In this document: positions 17,348 through 20,529 of the stretch, in pieces
Position numbering within the stretch: position 1 is the first letter of the stretch
Layout: every line of letters starts with the position of its first letter
Assembly (NCBI GenBank): GCA_036478295.1
Contig: JAZGDW010000035.1
Coordinates: forward strand, 1 to 20,529
DNA: 20,529 nt
Source: Candidatus Krumholzibacteriia bacterium
GTDB lineage: Bacteria; Krumholzibacteriota; Krumholzibacteriia; WVZY01
Direction: 5' to 3'
The notes under the pieces: model-generated
Told to the model about the DNA's origin: nothing
Seen by the model: only the letters and a program-made list of their open reading frames with translations
Databases searched by the model: none
Made by a program: the position numbers and the translations under genes

Positions 17348-18577
17348 ATGTCGTCTCGCACAAGAAAGCCGGTCATATTATTATGGGTTGTTATCTCGCT
17401 CGTTGTGGTAGCGGTGTTCCTGTTGCGAGGCAAACCGCCGACAACGGGCGTTCCCCTGGATTATCCGTGGGCGAGCGCCATTCCGGCGCAGTCTGTTCCC
17501 GAAGGCCTGGTGGGCATTCGGGCGAGCGACTGCGGTGCTTGCCACAAAGCCATCTATGCGGAGTGGCGGAAGAGCGCCCACGCCAGTGCACTCGTCGATC
17601 CCCAGTTCCAATTCGAGTGGGCGAAGGATGGGCACCTGTGGCTTTGTCTCAATTGCCATATTCCGTTGACCAACCAACAGATCTTGGTCGTGCGGGGTGT
17701 ACATGATGGGGATTTGCACCGGCCCATCGTCGAATCGAATCCCTCTTATGATAGCGAACTTGCGCAAGAGGGGATTACCTGTGCCGTCTGTCACGTCAGG
17801 GAGGGCGCCGTGCTCGGCCTCCGCGGCGACGGCGCAGCACCTCACCCGGTCAGAGTCGAGCCCGATATGCTGTCGTTCGAGGCCTGTCTGATCTGTCACA
17901 ACGCGCTAGGCCGATTCGGTGGCACGCTTGTGTGCAATTTCGACACGGGCGACGACTGGCGCCGCACCGGGCTTCCCGAGTCGGGCACGGACTGTGTACA
18001 CTGCCATATGCCGCGAGTTACGCGACCTGTCGCACAAGGAGCGGCTGCCAGGGACAGCCGGCGTCACGCCTGGTCCGGGGCGGGAATCCCGAAGTTCTTC
18101 GAAGACAGCTCGCTCGTAACGCCCCGAAGTGGCCTTGATATCGAGATCATTCCCGATCCGGAGGGATACCGTCCGGGAGAGAGGGGCCGGATCACGGTCA
18201 ACGTCGCCAACCGCCATGCGGGACATAGCGTACCCACGGGAGACGTGGAAAGGTTCGTGCTCATCATTCTGCGTCTCAAGAACGGAGCTCTGGACCGGAC
18301 GTACTGGGAGCACGAGGAAAGAATAGGCGAAGTGTGGGTCTGGTCACCGGAAGCGAAACAGATTTCCGACAATAGCCTTGCCTTTGGCGAGGAGCGCTTG
18401 TTGCAGTACGAGGTTGACATCCCGGGAGAGGTATCTTCCCTTGCATTCGAAGTCACGATAGAGAACCACCGCATGACGGTCGAGAACGCGACTGAAATGG
18501 GGTTGATGGGCAAATACCCGTTGAAACGTGAGGTTCTAAGATCATCCGTACCGCTCGTTGTGCGGACGGGTCGATGA
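17348..18577 (+). CDS. Pentaheme c-type cytochrome (c554/c552-like) with single N-terminal anchor
   Basis: 409 aa. One hydrophobic N-terminal segment, then CGACH, CLNCH, CAVCH, CLICH and CVHCH, plus WRKSAH and AGHSVPTG motifs shared with the two larger cytochromes. Confidence 0.9.
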   Translation: MSSRTRKPVILLWVVISLVVVAVFLLRGKPPTTGVPLDYPWASAIPAQSVPEGLVGIRASDCGACHKAIYAEWRKSAHASALVDPQFQFEWAKDGHLWLCLNCHIPLTNQQILVVRGVHDGDLHRPIVESNPSYDSELAQEGITCAVCHVREGAVLGLRGDGAAPHPVRVEPDMLSFEACLICHNALGRFGGTLVCNFDTGDDWRRTGLPESGTDCVHCHMPRVTRPVAQGAAARDSRRHAWSGAGIPKFFEDSSLVTPRSGLDIEIIPDPEGYRPGERGRITVNVANRHAGHSVPTGDVERFVLIILRLKNGALDRTYWEHEERIGEVWVWSPEAKQISDNSLAFGEERLLQYEVDIPGEVSSLAFEVTIENHRMTVENATEMGLMGKYPLKREVLRSSVPLVVRTGR

Positions 18578-18598
18578 TGCAAGAAAAAGGACCGGTAC

Positions 18599-19975
18599 AT
18601 GTATCGCTATCTCAAGAAACAGGTTGGTCGTCTGGCGGGCATCGGAACTCAGTCAACCGACACTGAGAAGGACAAGCTACACAAACGCTTTCTCGTCTAT
18701 ATGGCCCTGATGATGAGTGGTGGTGGCCTCTTGTGGGCGGCGATATGCGGATACCATGGGCTCCGGCTTCCCGCCGCGATACCGCTTGCTTACGTCGCCT
18801 TGACCGTCGCGAACCTCCGGTATTTTTCCCTCTCGAAGCGATTTGAAGCGGTTCGGTTCATCCAGCTCTCGATTAGTCTGGTGCTTCCGTTTGTTTTTCA
18901 GTGGAGTCTCGGCGGATTCGTACGTTCGGGCTCGGTGATGCTATGGGCGATGACGGCGATTTTGGGCGCGTTAACGTTCCAGGAAGTCCGGATCACACTA
19001 CACTGGTTTCTCGCCTACGTTGTCCTCACCGTTCTGTCCGGGTTCCTGGGCGACGACCTTGCTGGATCCGCTACACAGGCCTCATCCGCAGTTGTGAGCA
19101 CGCTGTTTGTCATAAACATAATCGGAGTGTCACTGATAGTCTTCGGGCTCATGATATATTTCGTTCGCAGAAATGAACTTGCCTACGAAGAGTTGGAGCT
19201 GAAGAACACGGCGCTGATTGATTCGCAAGCGCAGCTGGTTCAGGCGGAAAAGATGGCGTCGATTGGAGCACTGACCGCAGGAATCGCACACGAAATGAAC
19301 ACGCCGATCGGCGTGATCAACAGCAATACGGATGTTTCCGGTCGATGCATCGCTACCATCGTGAAGGCTCTGAAAAACAGCACGTCCATTGACGAGCTCG
19401 AAAATAACAGCCAGTTTCAACAGGCGTTAAAGCTTCTTCAAAGCAACAATGAATTCACCCTGGGCAGTAGCGCTCGTATTACAAAGCTCGTCAACAGCTT
19501 GAAGAACTTCGCTCGGCTGGATGAGGCCACGCTCCAAAAGGCTAACCTCCATGAAGGAATCGACAGCGCACTGGATCTGATCAGCCACGATTTGCGCGGT
19601 CGAATCGAGATCGTCAAAGAGTACGGGACCATTCCCCGCATTATCTGTCACGCGGGTGAACTGAACCAGGTATTCATGACCCTCTTGACGAACGCTGTGG
19701 GGGCGATCGAGGGTCCCGGTACAATCACGATCCGATCGTTCACCTCGGGCGATAACGTCCATGTTCAGGTCGAAGACACGGGGGTTGGTATCGCGCCGGA
19801 GCGGATGCAGCGCATATTCGATCCCGCGCTTAATAAAAAGGGATCGCGGGTTAAGGCCGATTTGGGGTTATTCACGTCTTATGGAATCGTGGAGAAACAC
19901 AAAGGTGAGATCAAGATAGAGAGCGAACTCGGTCGAGGTACTTGCGTCACGATTATTCTGCCAACGACTTTGTGA
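18599..19975 (+). CDS. Membrane sensor histidine kinase (6 TM + HisKA + HATPase_c, NtrB-like)
   Basis: AAAGGA RBS and six hydrophobic segments. QLVQAEKMASIG precedes the H-box AGIAHEMNTPIG, followed by N-box LNQVFMTLLTNA, G1 VEDTGVGI and G3 SELGRGT. Confidence 0.92.
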   Translation: MYRYLKKQVGRLAGIGTQSTDTEKDKLHKRFLVYMALMMSGGGLLWAAICGYHGLRLPAAIPLAYVALTVANLRYFSLSKRFEAVRFIQLSISLVLPFVFQWSLGGFVRSGSVMLWAMTAILGALTFQEVRITLHWFLAYVVLTVLSGFLGDDLAGSATQASSAVVSTLFVINIIGVSLIVFGLMIYFVRRNELAYEELELKNTALIDSQAQLVQAEKMASIGALTAGIAHEMNTPIGVINSNTDVSGRCIATIVKALKNSTSIDELENNSQFQQALKLLQSNNEFTLGSSARITKLVNSLKNFARLDEATLQKANLHEGIDSALDLISHDLRGRIEIVKEYGTIPRIICHAGELNQVFMTLLTNAVGAIEGPGTITIRSFTSGDNVHVQVEDTGVGIAPERMQRIFDPALNKKGSRVKADLGLFTSYGIVEKHKGEIKIESELGRGTCVTIILPTTL

Positions 19976-20095
19976 CCGGGTCTCGTGGCCAATCCAACGC
20001 CAATATCCTCTATTTACATAAATGGAAGATCCTCGCTAGCATGGGCAATTACTGACAAAAATCAATATAAACCCCACCTGAAGAGCGATCTCCAC

Positions 20096-20101
20096 TATAA
20101 T
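20096..20101 (+). promoter_or_regulatory. Possible -10 element for the kinase gene
   Basis: TATAAT in the AT-rich intergenic region about 60 nt upstream of GTG 20163. There is no recognisable -35. Confidence 0.35.
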
Positions 20102-20162
20102 GAGCGATTATTGGCAAAAATCGAATTGAAGCCCGGCTCCCGGGCAATACCGGAGGGCACGC

Positions 20163-20529
20163 GTGATTGGCAAAACCATATCCCATTATGAAATCACCGA
20201 CAAACTCGGCTCGGGCGGCATGGGCGACGTCTACCGCGCACGCGACACCAAGCTCGGCCGTGACGTCGCGATCAAATTCCTCCCCGAAGAGATGGCACGC
20301 GACACCGAGCGCCGCAAACGCTTCGAGCGCGAAGCTCGGGCGATCGCCGCGCTCAAGCACCCCAATATCGTCACCATCTATACCGTCGAAGAGGCGGCGG
20401 GAAGGCATTTCATTACGATGGAGCTTGTCGAGGGTCAGAGCCTCCGCGACGTGATTCCCAGCGGGGGGCTTACACTCGAGCGGCTCTTTGACCTCGCCAT
20501 ACCGTTGGCCGACGCGATCAGCAGTGCAC
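20163..20529 (+). CDS. Hanks-type serine/threonine protein kinase, N-terminal part (truncated by window)
   Basis: Absent from the ORF track; translated by hand. GGAGG RBS and GTG start give MIGKTISHYEITDKLGSGGMGDVYRARDTKLGRDVAIKFLPEEMARDTERRKRFEREARAIAALKHPNIVTIY...ITMELVEG. This contains the Gly-rich loop, VAIK lysine, helix-C Glu and HPNIV. Confidence 0.95.
   Translation, partial: MIGKTISHYEITDKLGSGGMGDVYRARDTKLGRDVAIKFLPEEMARDTERRKRFEREARAIAALKHPNIVTIYTVEEAAGRHFITMELVEGQSLRDVIPSGGLTLERLFDLAIPLADAISSA

Noticed and set aside
1..20529. CRISPR arrays, tRNA/rRNA genes, transposases or integrases
   Set aside because: None seen. The recurring GACAACGACGGC-type DNA repeats are the coding FG-GAP/DxDxDG motifs.

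Overview
High-GC bacterial DNA with two divergent gene clusters flanking an AT-richer control region (13543-14177). The main feature is a module that occurs three times: a TPR protein, a CRTAC1/ASPIC-UnbV (FG-GAP beta-propeller) protein and a pentaheme c-type cytochrome. All of these carry N-terminal export signals or membrane anchors. Leftward (- strand) the order is: membrane pentaheme cytochrome, CRTAC1, TPR, DUF692/MNIO-family enzyme, GT4 glycosyltransferase, nitrilase-family hydrolase, TPR-CRTAC1 fusion lipoprotein, and a second membrane pentaheme cytochrome that runs off the window and is missing from the ORF track. Rightward (+ strand) the order is: TPR, CRTAC1, pentaheme cytochrome, 6TM sensor histidine kinase, and a Ser/Thr protein kinase that runs off the window and is also missing from the ORF track. 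The two membrane cytochromes share an atypical CX4CH first heme motif, a cytochrome-b-like His-x13-His membrane helix and an identical 11-bp extended -10 promoter element. An FNR/CRP-type box lies upstream of the leftward promoter. The function of the system cannot be determined from sequence alone. Family assignments are from motif recognition by eye, not database searches. No RNA genes, CRISPR arrays or mobile elements were seen.
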